DNA of 64,000 nt from a virus: IMG/VR virus record IMGVR_UViG_3300012936_000001, positions 103,119 to 167,118 of that record. The stretch is one strand, 5' to 3'. The position numbers and the translations under genes were made by a program. Within the stretch, counting starts at the first letter, position 1. Each line of letters starts with the position of its first letter. This document shows, in pieces, positions 62,960-64,000 of this stretch. The notes under the pieces were generated by a model. The model was not told where the DNA came from. It was given only the letters and a program-made list of their open reading frames with translations, and made no database searches.

Positions 62960-64000
62960 ATGCTATCTTCTCTTATTGAACTAAATGATTATTACAAAGA
63001 CTTTTTGCGATACTACAAAAAAGCAAAGAAAGTACAGGTGGAATGTAACCTAGGTGGAAAGCCATACGTCGGGTCTTGTGGTGATGACCTGATTGAACAG
63101 GTTCATATCTATGATACTGTAGAACGGCAACATGCTGGATTTCAGAACATGTTGCAAGATCTTTGGTTCGGAACCCAAGCTCCGAAATACTATAAATGGA
63201 ACAAAGAACACAAAGAGAGAAACGATTCTTATAATGATCAACACAAGTTCTGGAGCCGACGTGAATGGTTGTGGATTTTCATGTTTCATCGGATCACAGG
63301 ATCTGGCGCTTCCTTTGAAGCCGATCACGGCTATCGCAACTCTGTTATTCCTCATCTTGCAAAGCTCGAGACCTGTGAAAAGATGGCAGATTGGGTAAGG
63401 CACAATGATGATATACCCATGTTTACATCTATTGGTAATCAAATTCCAATGTTTCCATCAAAACATCTATGGGAAAGCTTGAACAAGTCAGGACATGAAT
63501 ATAAAACTCCAGGAAAACTCTGGATAGCTGAATGCATGACTCAGCTCGTCGATGATGTTTGGAGCTGGGTTGATAAGATAAGATACCTTGAAGAAAGAAA
63601 AGTTACCATTCGAGAAGTCGTAGACTTCATGTGTGAATGGAACAGAGACAGAGGGATGAAAAGATTCCACTTTCAGTTCACGGCAACTGCTGCAGACCTT
63701 GCGGATTACTTCCCAGATATCGTTGACCCGATGTCTCATATGTACTACGGCAAGAACGCAAAAGAATCCATGGACATGTTTGCTACAAAGATCGGCAGAT
63801 ACAAAAAAGATCTTTATTATGATTATGTGATGGAGTCGGCAGTCAAAGATACTGGCGGTGCTCCTCGCGACCTAGAGGACGTAATGTGTGACTACATTCG
63901 ATATGTCGAGAACTATATTCCCGACAGTAAACAAAAAACATATGAGCATCTTGATCGAACAACGGTCTGGAACTCATCGTCAATCACAAATCATCCAAAA
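62960..64000 (+). CDS. Helical DNA-base-modification enzyme candidate (aGPT-Pplase/amino acid:DNA transferase-like), runs off the window
   Basis: Hand-translated open frame MLSSLIELNDYY...FHRITGSG...TAADLADYFP...YYGKNA...DLEDVMCDYIRY; absent from the track because it has no stop. Confidence 0.55.
   Translation, partial: MLSSLIELNDYYKDFLRYYKKAKKVQVECNLGGKPYVGSCGDDLIEQVHIYDTVERQHAGFQNMLQDLWFGTQAPKYYKWNKEHKERNDSYNDQHKFWSRREWLWIFMFHRITGSGASFEADHGYRNSVIPHLAKLETCEKMADWVRHNDDIPMFTSIGNQIPMFPSKHLWESLNKSGHEYKTPGKLWIAECMTQLVDDVWSWVDKIRYLEERKVTIREVVDFMCEWNRDRGMKRFHFQFTATAADLADYFPDIVDPMSHMYYGKNAKESMDMFATKIGRYKKDLYYDYVMESAVKDTGGAPRDLEDVMCDYIRYVENYIPDSKQKTYEHLDRTTVWNSSSITNHPK

Noticed and set aside
259-63739. 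Numerous minus-strand and alternate-frame ORFs in the track
   Set aside because: They are shadows of well-supported plus-strand genes, with no SD or motifs. Only 33492-34034 and 55137-55964 are accepted on the minus strand.
1-64000. Alternative genetic code (stop-codon reassignment)
   Set aside because: Conserved genes are full length under code 11 and end in TAA, TAG or TGA, with dense packing.
1-64000. Bacterial chromosome or eukaryotic giant virus origin
   Set aside because: SD-led, tightly packed single-strand genes, an endolysin, a sigma factor and many orphans, with no ribosomal or cell-envelope operons, indicate a large bacteriophage.

Overview
This 64-kb window is a fragment of a large, AT-rich dsDNA bacteriophage (jumbo/huge-phage type), read with standard code 11 and coded almost entirely on the + strand. 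No capsid, terminase or portal gene is in view. It carries: (1) replication and nucleotide genes: class II RNR, DnaE, ThyX, dUTPase, dCMP deaminase and a dCMP-hydroxymethylase-like TS paralog; (2) four DNA methyltransferases and three repair enzymes (Fpg/Nei, UvsE, MBD4-like); (3) proteostasis genes (GroEL, ClpP, two J-domain proteins, PDF); (4) lysis genes, two tRNAs and many small ORFs. The most striking unexplained structure is a family of about 20 proteins with short basic amphipathic tags ending in (L/I)-x-E. These tags are the 27-aa leader M[KR][IL][TS]KRQLKRII[KR]EEY...GL[IL]xE, the internal linker ES..[HY]..SL..LL.E and the motif R-W-x-K-L-A-G-[LI]. They are fused to unrelated payloads (ADP-ribosyltransferase, SOD, PCD-like, ParB-like, PD-(D/E)xK nuclease, HAD, unknowns), and include a five-gene constant-leader/variable-payload array and a 1312-aa polyprotein. 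I infer a modular capsid-targeting and protease-release cargo system. Other notable items: an apparently split sigma factor (region 4.2 on a separate gene), a consistent early promoter class with an operator-like palindrome, an internal promoter giving a tag-less isoform, a probable cytosine hypermodification pathway, and a candidate structured ncRNA next to a tRNA. All family calls come from motif recognition by eye; no searches were run.
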